A stretch of DNA of 63,566 nt, filler included, from Reclinomonas americana ATCC 50394 (Eukaryota): NCBI GenBank assembly GCA_048213135.1. It is 19 parts of 19 records of this genome, joined end to end, with 100 filler letters (N's around TTAATTAATTAA, not from the genome) between each part and the next. Parts side by side here need not be neighbours in the genome. Positions count along the whole stretch, not along the records: positions 37,988 to 44,193 come from AFZH01020037.1; positions 44,294 to 46,860 come from AFZH01020038.1; positions 46,961 to 49,944 come from AFZH01020039.1; 16 more parts are not named here. One strand, 5' to 3'. The notes beneath the pieces were generated by a model. It had not been told where the DNA came from, ran no database searches, and saw only the letters and a program-made list of their open reading frames with translations. Each line of letters begins with the position of its first letter. Position 1 is the first letter of the stretch. Of the stretch, positions 39,256 through 48,767 are shown piece after piece. The position numbers and the translations under genes were made by a program.

Positions 39256-40566
39256 ATGGATCGCATCGCCCACAGCACTGCTGTCGACATCGGCGGCGGC
39301 CGCCGCGGCTTTCGGAGCGAGGATACGGTTGCCGGCCAGGAAGGCACGGTGGTCACCGCGACGCATCTGAACGCGACGCAGGAAGAGATGATGGCGATCA
39401 TCGAGAAGGCTGGGCTCGCGCCCGATGCCGGCGATCTGGCCCAACTGCTGCGCGCGATCCGCTCGCAACGGCTCAACTTCGTCACTGCGGCCGGCGTCGG
39501 AGGCACCGCCAATGCGGTCACCCTGGCGTTCGCGCCTACCTTCGTCGACCTCGCCGATCTCGTCGGCGTGCCGCTGGTCTCGATCGCCGAGGCCGACAAC
39601 ACCGGCGCGATGACGGTAAGGGTCGACGCCCTGGCGGTGACGGCGCGGACCTGGCCGGACGGGACCGCGCTCCTCCCCGGTGATGTCAAGGCCGGCGCCC
39701 TGATCGTCGAGCGCTATGACGGCACCGCCTTCCGCATGCAGCAATGCCTGTCGCCGACGCAGGTCGCGGCGCTGTCGCCGCGCACGAACTTGCTGATCAA
39801 CGGCGATTTCCAGCTCAACCAGCGCGCCTTCGCCGGCGGCGCCCTCGCCAACAACGTCTATGGCTACGATCGCTGGAAGGCTTCGGGCGCCTCGAACATG
39901 GCGGCAGCTGGCTTCGGCCTGGCGCTGACCTCGGGCGAGGTGCACCAGCTCGTAGAGCCGGCCGCCTGGGGCTTCGGCAACCTCGCTTCGACCATGATGA
40001 CGGTGTCGGTCGAGGCGCCCTCTCATGATCTTGCGGTGACCCTGGGATCGGCAAGCGGCGTCATCACGGCCGGCGCTGGCCGGCGCAGCGTCACGCTGAC
40101 CACTGGGGCCGGAGACAACGGCAATCTCTCTCTGAAGATCGCGCGTTCGGGCGGCGGCGCCTGCAGTTTCAATCGCGTCAAGCTGGAGGTCGGCGCAGGG
40201 GCCTCGCCCTGGATGGCGCGTACGCTGCAGCAGGAGCTGCTTCTGGCATCGCGCTATTTCACGGCATGGCGGATTGCAACCGTGAATGGTCGGTTCGGTC
40301 TCGGCATGCTGATCGACAACGGCGACTTCATGGTCAATCTGCCTTTGCTCGTGCCGCTGCGGACCGGCGCCCCGGCAGTCACCTACGCCAGCTTGAATCG
40401 CAGTGTCAGCTTCGACAGCCCGATCACAGGCGTTTCTTCGAGTGCCGCCTACGGCAATGTCTTTTCCGTGAGGTTCACCTCTGCCACAACGTCTGGCGGG
40501 CCATTTATCTGCGGCCTGCAGGCCGCGACAGCCGCAGCCCATCTTTCCCTGGACGCGGAGCTCTGA
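39256..40566 (+). CDS. Tail fibre protein
   Basis: Mu-type N-terminus (GTVVTATHLNATQEEMMAIIEKAGLAPD...QLLRAI), NLLINGDFQLNQR domain and C-terminal DAEL. Confidence 0.85.
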   Translation: MDRIAHSTAVDIGGGRRGFRSEDTVAGQEGTVVTATHLNATQEEMMAIIEKAGLAPDAGDLAQLLRAIRSQRLNFVTAAGVGGTANAVTLAFAPTFVDLADLVGVPLVSIAEADNTGAMTVRVDALAVTARTWPDGTALLPGDVKAGALIVERYDGTAFRMQQCLSPTQVAALSPRTNLLINGDFQLNQRAFAGGALANNVYGYDRWKASGASNMAAAGFGLALTSGEVHQLVEPAAWGFGNLASTMMTVSVEAPSHDLAVTLGSASGVITAGAGRRSVTLTTGAGDNGNLSLKIARSGGGACSFNRVKLEVGAGASPWMARTLQQELLLASRYFTAWRIATVNGRFGLGMLIDNGDFMVNLPLLVPLRTGAPAVTYASLNRSVSFDSPITGVSSSAAYGNVFSVRFTSATTSGGPFICGLQAATAAAHLSLDAEL

Positions 40567-41964
40567 ATGCCGTTCTCACGCCCAACCAATCTTGACGTTG
40601 GCTCTGAGCCGTTGCTCGCGAGCGTCCAGTATCGAGCCGAAGTGCCATACTCCGGATTGTGGTATGGCAATCTCGGCTATTATCAGGGGCCGGCAGCTAC
40701 CTTCCCGTCGAATATGCAGCCCATGGCGCTCTATGACGCCACGAGCAACAAGACCTTCTTCGTCTGGGCGAACGGCTATTCGCCCGCCTGGGCGACGATT
40801 GGCGCCTACAATCACGCCACCGGCGAGATCGTCGACGTCAACAGGGTCATGGACCTAACGGACACCGACGGCCACCGGAATCCGACAATTCACATCGACT
40901 CGGCTGGTTACATCTACGTCTTCGCAGCGGCGAAGAATTCGCCGATCTGGATCAAGAAATCCAACGCCCCGCGCGATATTACAGCATGGAGCTGGTCGCC
41001 CAGCATCCCGGGAAACTGCACCTATTCCCAGCCCCATGCGCTCGCGGCCGGCGAGATCACGGTTTTCCATCGCACAGGGCCGGACTACAGCTGGAGCTAT
41101 CGCCGCTCTACGAACGGGGGAGCGAGTTGGGGGCCGGAGGTCCGGGTAGTGAGTCCCGCAAACCCGGTGGTTGATGGCGTCTACGCGCAGACCGCCTCCC
41201 GCAGCGGTACCGTGCATATCGTCTGGACCGTGCTCGACTCTACTACGCAGCTCCGCAAGAACTTCTGGTATGCGAAATCAGCCGGTGGCGTCGCCTGGAC
41301 CAGGGCGGACGGGACCGCGCTGACCCTGCCGATCGATGCGAGGACGGGCGGCGAGCTCGTCTTCAACAGCGGCGCAGATCAGGTGAACACGCAAGACATC
41401 CAGATCGACAGTGCCGGCAACCCGATCATCCTGATTTCGCACGGTCAGAACCCGGGAGCTTGGCATTGGAAGCTCGTCAAGCGCGTTGCCGGCACCTGGC
41501 AAGCTTATTCCGTCGGCGCCGTTGGTGACCGGCAGTTCGACAATGGCGGGCTGATCCTCGACAGCGATACCCTGTTCCGGGCGCTGCTGCCTACGGGCGC
41601 GGGGATTGCGGGGCAGGACGGCGGCAACATCGAGGAGTGGCTCTCGACGGACGCTGGATTGACCTGGGCATTGAACCGTACCCTGACGGCCGACCCTCTC
41701 AACCACAACCATGTGAAAGTGGCCCAGAATGGCCAGCCGGGGTTTAGGGCCTTCTGGTCGTATGGAAATCCGTCGATCGCGAGCCCGACGATCGTCAAGT
41801 TCCTTGACGAGGTGCGGGGAGTGGACGCTTTGCGGCCCGGTAACCCGTTCAAGCGCTACGTTCTGCCCACGCTGAACGGTGTCGCACTGCCGGAGCAAAC
41901 TCTGACAGCTGCGGAGCCTGTGACGGTCGTTCTCAGCAATTCGGGTATCGTGGGCACGCCCTGA
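40567..41964 (+). CDS. BNR/Asp-box beta-propeller protein (possible receptor-binding or glycan-active protein)
   Basis: Asp-boxes YRRSTNGGASW and WLSTDAGLTW; DGHRNPTIHIDSAGYIYVF (BNR_4-like). Confidence 0.75.
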   Translation: MPFSRPTNLDVGSEPLLASVQYRAEVPYSGLWYGNLGYYQGPAATFPSNMQPMALYDATSNKTFFVWANGYSPAWATIGAYNHATGEIVDVNRVMDLTDTDGHRNPTIHIDSAGYIYVFAAAKNSPIWIKKSNAPRDITAWSWSPSIPGNCTYSQPHALAAGEITVFHRTGPDYSWSYRRSTNGGASWGPEVRVVSPANPVVDGVYAQTASRSGTVHIVWTVLDSTTQLRKNFWYAKSAGGVAWTRADGTALTLPIDARTGGELVFNSGADQVNTQDIQIDSAGNPIILISHGQNPGAWHWKLVKRVAGTWQAYSVGAVGDRQFDNGGLILDSDTLFRALLPTGAGIAGQDGGNIEEWLSTDAGLTWALNRTLTADPLNHNHVKVAQNGQPGFRAFWSYGNPSIASPTIVKFLDEVRGVDALRPGNPFKRYVLPTLNGVALPEQTLTAAEPVTVVLSNSGIVGTP

Positions 41965-41967
41965 CCG

Positions 41968-42402
41968 TCACGCGTCGTGGATGGACTTCGACCCTTTTAG
42001 CGCGAGCGCCAAACGGCGCCCCGCGCGCATCAGCGGGTATAGGGCCCGCGCAATTCCCCTGTTGTGGAACACGCCGGCGATCACTCGGTTTCCGACATCG
42101 CCGCCGCTGGTGAGTTCGGCAATCCGATGCACGGCATCGGCCCCGTAGTGGACCTTGCCCTCGTGGGCAAAGATCATCCCCTCGTCCAGATTGAAGGAGT
42201 TTCGCAGCCTGTCCTTGTCGCTGTCAGACAAGGAGCGCGCGTCCAGCAACCGAACTTCGCCGACGTTACGCCGAAGATCGAGCAGCTCCGCATATCGCGA
42301 GCAAAACGGGCACTCGCCGTCATAGATGACCGTCGCGCGCTCATCCAGGAACGGGAAGAGCCGCGCTACGTCAGAACCACCAGGCGACATCATAGAACTC
42401 AT
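41968..42402 (-). CDS. DCC1-like thiol-disulfide oxidoreductase (DUF393)
   Basis: VIYDGECPFCSRY...YGADAV...LYPLMRAGR. Confidence 0.9.
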   Translation of the reverse strand: MSSMMSPGGSDVARLFPFLDERATVIYDGECPFCSRYAELLDLRRNVGEVRLLDARSLSDSDKDRLRNSFNLDEGMIFAHEGKVHYGADAVHRIAELTSGGDVGNRVIAGVFHNRGIARALYPLMRAGRRLALALKGSKSIHDA

Positions 42403-44131
42403 GCACCGCTCCGTCCTTTTCGCGGACTTTGACCGTCAGATAGGCCGGCTTCTCGATCGCATCCTCGTCGAGCAGGAAGGTTGTGCCTCGCCAGCGGCCG
42501 GGTGCAGCGCGCGATGGCTGATCCTGCGATGCACTCATCACCCGAGACTTGTACTCGACCGTCAACTCCGGAGAGCTAAGGCCGGCGACATCGAGTTTCA
42601 ACGCCAGCTTCTTGGTTTCGTCGTCGCGGATGATGCGGCCGGTCACGGCCTTCATCGTGCCGTCGCTCGCCAGGATGGCCTTCAGTCCCTCCTGACGGAT
42701 GATCGGATCGGGCGCCGCAGGGTAGGCTGGATACTCGATCCGCTGCTGGCGCAGCGAGATCGCTATCGGCATGGCTCGGGGCATCGGGGCTGAATAGCGC
42801 CAAGGCATTCGTCGCGTGGCGGCCTGAGGCAGGTATCCCGTCAGATCGAGCGCTTTTCCCAGTAACGTGCGGAGGGCCTCCGGAGAACCGGCGCGCCAGC
42901 AGTAGCTCACGAAATCAATGTTGAAGTGACGCAAGCGAACTTCGCCACCGCTGCAGGAGAAGTCGCCGCGGCCGAGCGGTTTCGAGGCCGCTGGAGTGCC
43001 TTCGTCCGGTAGCCCAACAGCCTCGCAAGTTGGGTATCGCAGCGCATATTCGCAGCGATAGTCATGATAGCCGCGATGCTCGTCATATGGGGTTTCCGCC
43101 CGCACGGAAGCATAAAAATCGAGTGCGGATAGAGGATACAGAGCGACGGTGCCTCGCCGAATTTGCAGCAGGAACATAACGTGTATCGCGCCAAGGAAGA
43201 GCGCGAGCCCCACGATGATCAGGCGCCGATACGCGACGAGCTTCAGATCCGACGACTCTGTCGACGGAGGGACAGCCCCAGCGAACCGGGCGCGAAAATA
43301 GTCCCAGTCGATGAAGAAGCAGCCGATGAAGAGCCAATGGTACTGCCAGAGCCCCATGATGAAGCCCAGCCCCAAGGTGCTCATCGAGTAGAAGACACCC
43401 TCGACGAGGCGGGCGTAGGGCCGACGCAGGGAGAACAGCGCGGCGATCGGGGCGGCTTGCAGAAACAGGTGGAACAGGCCGGCCGCCTTGTAAAGGAACG
43501 GGCTCGACCACATCGTTTCCACGTACCAGGGGATATTCTGGACGTCGTAGCCGAGCCAGGTGACAGCAAGCGAAAAGCGCATGTTGTCGCTGTCCCACCA
43601 GGCGATGGGGCCGCCCCAGTAGAGCTTGGCCCAGAACGCGCCGTAGAAGAATGCGCATGCCGCCACCAGGCCGGCAACGACGGGCCATGATGCTTCGCCT
43701 GGGGCTACTGGGCGCCCGTGGCTCCAGCTAGGCCGCCGTTTCCAGATCGCCCGGTCGATCGAAAGAGAGGCTCCAGCGCGACTGAACATGAACGGCAGCG
43801 CGCAATAGAAGATCAGGTTGTAGCCATGAGACCAATACGGCGCGATGCCTTCGCGGACGCAGACGAGGATGATTGTCGAGATGGTCGCGACGATCATGGC
43901 CGGCCGGGTCAGGAAGCCGATGACGGCGAGAATGCCGGCGATCGGCGCCACGACCGCACTCGCATCGATCAGCCAATTCGGAGGGCTTTTCCCAAAGAGG
44001 ATCAGTATGCCGAAGGGGTTGTACTCGACATGCGCGCGCAGCCAGTCGCTCGGCCAGCCAAACGCATTGAAAAGGGCGATCTGATTGATGGCGGAGAGCA
44101 GGACAGCGCTAAACAGGAACACCCTGCACAT
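42371..44131 (-). CDS. HTTM-like polytopic membrane protein with a periplasmic C-terminal domain
   Basis: Multiple TMs; IGFLTR, SHGYNL, AGASLSIDRAI and FFYGAFWAKL resemble the HTTM/DoxX-like domain; overlaps the DCC1 gene; the start may lie further upstream. Confidence 0.65.
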   Translation of the reverse strand: MCRVFLFSAVLLSAINQIALFNAFGWPSDWLRAHVEYNPFGILILFGKSPPNWLIDASAVVAPIAGILAVIGFLTRPAMIVATISTIILVCVREGIAPYWSHGYNLIFYCALPFMFSRAGASLSIDRAIWKRRPSWSHGRPVAPGEASWPVVAGLVAACAFFYGAFWAKLYWGGPIAWWDSDNMRFSLAVTWLGYDVQNIPWYVETMWSSPFLYKAAGLFHLFLQAAPIAALFSLRRPYARLVEGVFYSMSTLGLGFIMGLWQYHWLFIGCFFIDWDYFRARFAGAVPPSTESSDLKLVAYRRLIIVGLALFLGAIHVMFLLQIRRGTVALYPLSALDFYASVRAETPYDEHRGYHDYRCEYALRYPTCEAVGLPDEGTPAASKPLGRGDFSCSGGEVRLRHFNIDFVSYCWRAGSPEALRTLLGKALDLTGYLPQAATRRMPWRYSAPMPRAMPIAISLRQQRIEYPAYPAAPDPIIRQEGLKAILASDGTMKAVTGRIIRDDETKKLALKLDVAGLSSPELTVEYKSRVMSASQDQPSRAAPGRWRGTTFLLDEDAIEKPAYLTVKVREKDGAVHEFYDVAWWF

Positions 44132-44293
44132 GCCCAGTTGCAGCTCGAACCCTTCTCGAAAGAAGTACCTCTCGGTTCCTTCCTTCAGCGAGCNNNNNNN
44201 NNNNNNNNNNNNNNNNNNNNNNNNNNNNNNNNNNNNNTTAATTAATTAANNNNNNNNNNNNNNNNNNNNNNNNNNNNNNNNNNNNNNNNNNNN

Positions 44294-44703
44294 GCGCGAG
44301 GAGCCGCCGCTGGCGCGGATCGTCGTGGCGATCGATCCGCCGGCCTCCTCGTCGAAACGGGCCGATAGTTGCGGGCTCGTCGCGGCCGGCATCGACCGCG
44401 ACGGCATCGGCCATGTACTGGCGGATGGAACCCTCGCCGGCGCCAAGCCGCATGAATGGGCGGCGGCCGCCGTCGCGCTCTATCGCCGACTGGAGGCCGA
44501 TGCGCTGGTCGTCGAGGTCAACCAGGGCGGCGAGATGGCAAGCAGCGTCATCCGCGAGGTCGATCCGGGCGTGCCGGTGACGCCGGTGAGGGCCTCGCGC
44601 GGAAAATTCCTGCGGGCCGAGCCGGTGGCGGCTCTCTATGCGCAAGGCCGCGTGCGTCATGCCGGTGCCTTTCCGGCGCTCGAGGACGAGATGTGTGATT
44701 TCG
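44294..44703 (+). pseudogene. GTA-type (RcGTA g2-like) large terminase, C-terminal nuclease domain, interrupted by a prophage
   Basis: RIVVAIDPPA...DSCGLVAAG...ADALVVEVNQGGEM...VRASRGKFLRAEPVAALYAQGRVRHAGAFPALEDEMCDF, then an abrupt switch to AT-rich sequence; the expected SPDRxDALVWA motif is absent. Confidence 0.8.
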
Positions 44704-44758
44704 TCTCTCGTCCATATTTTATGGCCTTTTCGGGCTATGTTTTACAGCGATTTTCCAA
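44685..44758. other. Putative att junction of prophage 2
   Basis: Terminase similarity ends at GAGATGTGTGATTTCG; an AT-rich ~55-bp arm follows, then the integrase stop codon. Confidence 0.65.
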
Positions 44759-45799
44759 TCAGGTGTTCTTGGCGCGTTCTGCCAGCTTGACGACGGCGGC
44801 CTTGCCACTCTGCTTGCGGTCGGCAAATCGGCTGTAGCGCTCGATCATCGACATCGACATTCCGATCACGTCCTGGATCTGCGCGGTCGCAAGGCCGGCT
44901 TGGCGCAGACGGATGACGGCCGTGGCACGCAATCCATGCAGGGTCACATTGGCGAGCTCGGGAATAGCCTCGCGCGCTTCGTCGAAGTGGATGCTGAAAC
45001 GCTTGCGACTGTAAGGCTTGCCACTCTCCTGCAGCATGTAGGGTCCAGGCCGGCGCTCCCAGTCCGCCATCTCCTTGGCGAGCTCGGGCAGGATCGGGCA
45101 CCAGACCTGCCGACCGGTCTTGATCTGCGCGAGATCAAAGCCGCCATCGTCGACGAAGGTCGGGCCCAGCCGCACGACGTCGGATCCACGCTGACCTGTA
45201 TAGAGGGCGAGCATCACGCCGCGCCGAACCATGCCGGTCAGGTGCTGGTGAGCTGCTGCAATCTGCGCGTCAGTCCAAGGCTTGTGTCCGCCTGTCACCT
45301 TGTAGGGCTTCACGCCCTCGGTCATGGAAGCCTGCAGGTAGTCGTTGACGACGGCCCAGGACGAGAATGCGCGCATGACGCCAAGGAAGTTGTTGGCGGC
45401 GCCGGGACGATCTTCCATACCTTCGATGATCTCTCGGATGATCGGCGGCCGCAGCACACTCATCGGCTGCTCGCCGAACCCGGCGCAGACGACCTTCATC
45501 TGACGCTCGTATTGGTCTGCGGTGCCGGCCTTGCGTGGGAAAGCCTTCGACACGCGATAGAGATCGGCGACGGCCTTGACGGTCATCTCCTCCTTGACCG
45601 CGGACAAGCCCTGCGCCTCACGCAGCTTGACCCAGAACTCAGGCGTCGTTGGGTCATTCGGCAGCGCCTTGCGCTCGCCTTCGTGCGCGGTCCCGCGGCC
45701 CGGGTGCCAATAGAAGTACTCCCGGCCGCGCGAGACGACGCGATGCACGCCCTTAGGCAGCTCGACCACGCCTGCTATCTTTCGACGCTTCGATGGCAC
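44759..45799 (-). CDS. int: Tyrosine recombinase / integrase
   Basis: LALYTGQRGSD (R), TLHGLRAT (HxxR) and IERYSR (Y); AAGGAG RBS before GTG. Confidence 0.95.
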   Translation of the reverse strand: MPSKRRKIAGVVELPKGVHRVVSRGREYFYWHPGRGTAHEGERKALPNDPTTPEFWVKLREAQGLSAVKEEMTVKAVADLYRVSKAFPRKAGTADQYERQMKVVCAGFGEQPMSVLRPPIIREIIEGMEDRPGAANNFLGVMRAFSSWAVVNDYLQASMTEGVKPYKVTGGHKPWTDAQIAAAHQHLTGMVRRGVMLALYTGQRGSDVVRLGPTFVDDGGFDLAQIKTGRQVWCPILPELAKEMADWERRPGPYMLQESGKPYSRKRFSIHFDEAREAIPELANVTLHGLRATAVIRLRQAGLATAQIQDVIGMSMSMIERYSRFADRKQSGKAAVVKLAERAKNT

Positions 45800-46037
45800 G
45801 TCGCACTCCTTCCGAAATCTTGGACGAAGGATCGTCCGATGCGCCCGCCAGCGAGGCAAGCGCCATGTCGACGGTCTCCCAGCGCCAGCGCACGCAGCCT
45901 GGCGACAGCCTGACAGGCTGGGGGATCACCCCGCGCCGGACCATTTCGTCGACCGTGCTCTCGCTCACGCAGAGCTCGCCGGCCAGGGCCGACTTGGACA
46001 GGTAGGATGCGGGGCGTTCCATGGTGGCCCGAGCCAT
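45753..46037 (-). CDS. Excisionase / AlpA-like HTH protein
   Basis: YLSKSALAGELCVSESTVDEMVRRGVIPQPVRLSPGCVRWRW; overlaps the int start. Confidence 0.85.
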   Translation of the reverse strand: MARATMERPASYLSKSALAGELCVSESTVDEMVRRGVIPQPVRLSPGCVRWRWETVDMALASLAGASDDPSSKISEGVRRAIEASKDSRRGRAA

Positions 46038-46292
46038 CCTCACCTCCCTCCCATATGAGGCCAGTCGCCGGGGGCGTCTTCCATAGGGTCGGGAAGAGGG
46101 CGGGAGTTCGCGATCCAGAGGGCGGCGCGGATCAGCGCGTAGACGACCAGAGCCGCGATGATGCCGGCTGAGAAGCCTTGCCACGTGATCATCGCGAGCC
46201 TGTCCTCCCGCTGAGATAGAGAGCCACCGCAAAGGCACCCAATACCCAGCAAAACGCGATGATGAGGTAGACCTCGGTTGCAGTTAGGCCGT

Positions 46293-46610
46293 TCATGCCA
46301 CTCGCTCCCAGAGGCTCGCCGCGCCGACCATGAACGGCCCGACGACGGTGATCAGGAAGGCAGCTGCGACGTCGCCAACGCGATCGACGGTCCAGGCGTT
46401 GGTGATCCGGGCGTCATCGACCGCGCGGCGCTCGATGCACCAGAGGCGAATGCCGATCTTGCCGCTGGGCGGATAACGGTCGAAAGCCTCGGCTGCGAGC
46501 TCGGGATCCAGATACTGAGGCAGGGCAGGGATGGTGCCGGCCTCGACGGCAGCGACGACCTTGCGGGCGCCGGCTTCGCTATCGGCTGGGATGTAGTAGC
46601 GGACGGTCAT
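46293..46610 (-). CDS. Hypothetical phage protein
   Basis: GGAGG RBS; lies within the leftward operon. Confidence 0.55.
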   Translation of the reverse strand: MTVRYYIPADSEAGARKVVAAVEAGTIPALPQYLDPELAAEAFDRYPPSGKIGIRLWCIERRAVDDARITNAWTVDRVGDVAAAFLITVVGPFMVGAASLWERVA

Positions 46611-46860
46611 ACAAACCTCCGGGGCGGAAGGGGCTTGCCGAGTGCTCGGGTGGCCGAGCGCTGCGGTGCGAATTTCGGGAAGGCGGGTCCGCGCAGCCGT
46701 GACGGCGGGCGAATGCCGAGCTCTGCGCGCTTGTTGCGCTTGGCCTTGGCTGCGCGGGCATGGTCGTCGGCGTCCTTCTCCGCCTTGCAGCGGTCGAAAT
46801 GGGCCGGCCCGATGTTCTGGTCGTCGTCGGCGCCCCCGAGTTCCAAGGCCCGGAGGTGCT
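46607..46860 (-). CDS. HNH endonuclease, C-terminal part
   Basis: HLRALELGGADDDQNIGPAHFDRCKAEK. Confidence 0.7.
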
Positions 46861-46982
46861 NNNNNNNNNNNNNNNNNNNNNNNNNNNNNNNNNNNNNNNN
46901 NNNNTTAATTAATTAANNNNNNNNNNNNNNNNNNNNNNNNNNNNNNNNNNNNNNNNNNNNACATCCTCACAGACGAAGGGCA

Positions 46983-47381
46983 TCAGGCTGCCCTCGCTTC
47001 ATCGGCGAACACCACGCCGTGCCGCGCGCCAAAGGCGGCGATCACCTCCATGAGGTCGCCCATCTCGGCTTTGCTCAGATCGGAAGACGATCGACCGATG
47101 TTGACAAAGCCTGTCCCATCCAGATTTGGCACTGCCCGGACCTCTCGCTTAAGCGCGTCCAGGAAGATCAGCTTCCAGTCGTCTGGTGCCAGCACAAGGC
47201 CGTGCCACGGCACCTGCCTCGCCACGTCAGTGAGCATCGCCCACATGCGATCGTTCTGCGGTAGCGACCGCTTGCTGGCCTTGATTTCCACGCGTGTCCC
47301 ATGCGGCGCCTGTCGGACCCATGAGGCCGCGCGGTTCCGGCTTTCCTGGCTGTCGAGGATGACGAGGCGCCGGGTCATCAC
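46983..47381 (-). CDS. ninB: NinB/Orf recombination protein
   Basis: KRSLPQNDRMWAMLTDVARQV...DDWKLIF...SSDLSKAEMGDL. Confidence 0.9.
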   Translation of the reverse strand: MMTRRLVILDSQESRNRAASWVRQAPHGTRVEIKASKRSLPQNDRMWAMLTDVARQVPWHGLVLAPDDWKLIFLDALKREVRAVPNLDGTGFVNIGRSSSDLSKAEMGDLMEVIAAFGARHGVVFADEARAA

Positions 47382-48001
47382 GCGGCCGCCTGTCGGTTGT
47401 AGGCGCGGACGCGGTCGACGATCATGTCGAGCTCGGCATTGAACTGGTCGACGGCCTGCGCGAGTTCGGCGATGTACGCCTCATCGCGGTATGCGCGCTT
47501 CACGAAGAGCGGCATGCCAGGCCAATAGACCGCGATGTCGATCCACTCGCGTTCCGACACCCATAGCTGGCCCTGGCACTGCGCCTTGTGCTCTGGCGGG
47601 AATTCTCCACGCAGCAGCACCTCGACCATCAGGTGAGGGAGCTTGGTCTTGATTTCGACCAGCCCGTCGGCGCCGATCAAGCTGTCGGGCGATGCGCCCT
47701 TGCGGCCGTTCCGGATGAAACCAACGCGCTCGCAGTCGCGGTCGACCATGAACTCGTAGAGCGTGCGGGCCTCCGCCTCCATTGCGTGACCGCGCTCGGT
47801 GTGAGCGTTACCGAAGCTCTCCATCGGCTGGCCGGTGATGATCTCGCCGGCGAGCTTGTAGAGGTAGGTCTGGCGCGTCTTGCTGTCGCCGCCGCTACGG
47901 CCCTTGGCAATCACGGTGGCGAACTCGGAAGCGGTCGGGATGCCCATGCGGGCCTGGAACCACTCCGGCGAGTTCTGATCGCAGTCGATGATCTGCATCA
48001 C
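47378..48001 (-). CDS. YqaJ / lambda-exonuclease family protein
   Basis: QNSPEWFQARMGIPTASEF...GASPDSL...VEIK...QCQGQLW. Confidence 0.92.
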   Translation of the reverse strand: MMQIIDCDQNSPEWFQARMGIPTASEFATVIAKGRSGGDSKTRQTYLYKLAGEIITGQPMESFGNAHTERGHAMEAEARTLYEFMVDRDCERVGFIRNGRKGASPDSLIGADGLVEIKTKLPHLMVEVLLRGEFPPEHKAQCQGQLWVSEREWIDIAVYWPGMPLFVKRAYRDEAYIAELAQAVDQFNAELDMIVDRVRAYNRQAAA

Positions 48002-48759
48002 CGCCCCCCAGTTTTCGCGTTGAGCATGCGGACGGCTTGCTCGAACTTGGCGGCGGGGAGATCGGCGAGGCCTTCGATCTGGAAATGGCGGAGGAACCGC
48101 GGCTTGTCGGCTCCGACGCTTTCGATCAGTTCGACGATTTGGCCAAGCTGATCTTCGCTGATGGACGCAGTCTGCACCCCCGACGATTTGCCATCATCGT
48201 CAGCCGCCGCCGCAAGGCCCAAGGCGGCCTTGAGCGTATAGCGCTGCAGATAGGTGATAGCGCTTCCCATCTGCTGGATCAGATTCTTTTTGCCGCTATC
48301 GTCGCGCGGGCCCGTGAGCGTGTTCTCCTCGCTGTGACCATCGCGATGGGACACGATGCAGGTGACGCTGATCGGCTGGTTGATCTCCGACGTGGTTCGG
48401 AAGCGATAGGAGAGGCCGTGACGGGCCAGGATCGGGTCGACGGTCTTGGCGATCTCGCCGAGGTCTTCGTGCCGGTACTCCGTTTTGCTGCCGTCCTTGT
48501 TGTCGAAGCCGACGATCCGGTTCTTGCGAATAACGGGGATCTCGGCCTTGGCCGCAGCCAGCGCCTCGTCGAACGCCTTGCGGGCCCGGCCGGCTTCCCA
48601 GCGCTCCTGAAGCGCGAGGAGCTTCTCCAATGTCTCCGGATTGGCACCGCGCTCGACGGCCTGGCTGAGCATGGCCATGGGCGTGATGGCTGACACGGCA
48701 TAGCCGGAAGGCGCGGCGTCGCTCTCAGGCGACAGAATGGTGAGGGCTGCATTGGCCAT
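47998..48759 (-). CDS. ERF family single-strand annealing protein
   Basis: YRHEDLGEI...PILARHGLS...GSAITYLQRYTLKAALGLA..DDDG. Confidence 0.92.
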   Translation of the reverse strand: MANAALTILSPESDAAPSGYAVSAITPMAMLSQAVERGANPETLEKLLALQERWEAGRARKAFDEALAAAKAEIPVIRKNRIVGFDNKDGSKTEYRHEDLGEIAKTVDPILARHGLSYRFRTTSEINQPISVTCIVSHRDGHSEENTLTGPRDDSGKKNLIQQMGSAITYLQRYTLKAALGLAAAADDDGKSSGVQTASISEDQLGQIVELIESVGADKPRFLRHFQIEGLADLPAAKFEQAVRMLNAKTGGR

Positions 48760-48767
48760 GGTGAACC

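Larger units (their letters stand above)
9496..44193 (+). mobile_element. Mu-like transposable prophage (contractile tail); left end visible, right end lost in a gap
   Basis: Terminal TGT at 9496 with 19-bp repeats; repressor, Ner, transposase, MuB, lysis, gp26-gp29, F, G, I, capsid, gp36-gp48 and tail fibre genes in Mu order across the gaps. Confidence 0.93.

Noticed and set aside
39256..41964. Diversity-generating retroelement or Gin-type invertible tail-fibre cassette
   Set aside because: No reverse transcriptase, template/variable repeat pair, invertase or second inverted fibre tip is visible, although the gaps could hide them.
44704..44837. Phage-supplied replacement C-terminus restoring the terminase
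   Set aside because: The read-through peptide (VSRPYFMAFSG...) is att-arm and antisense integrase sequence and lacks the conserved Asp motif.
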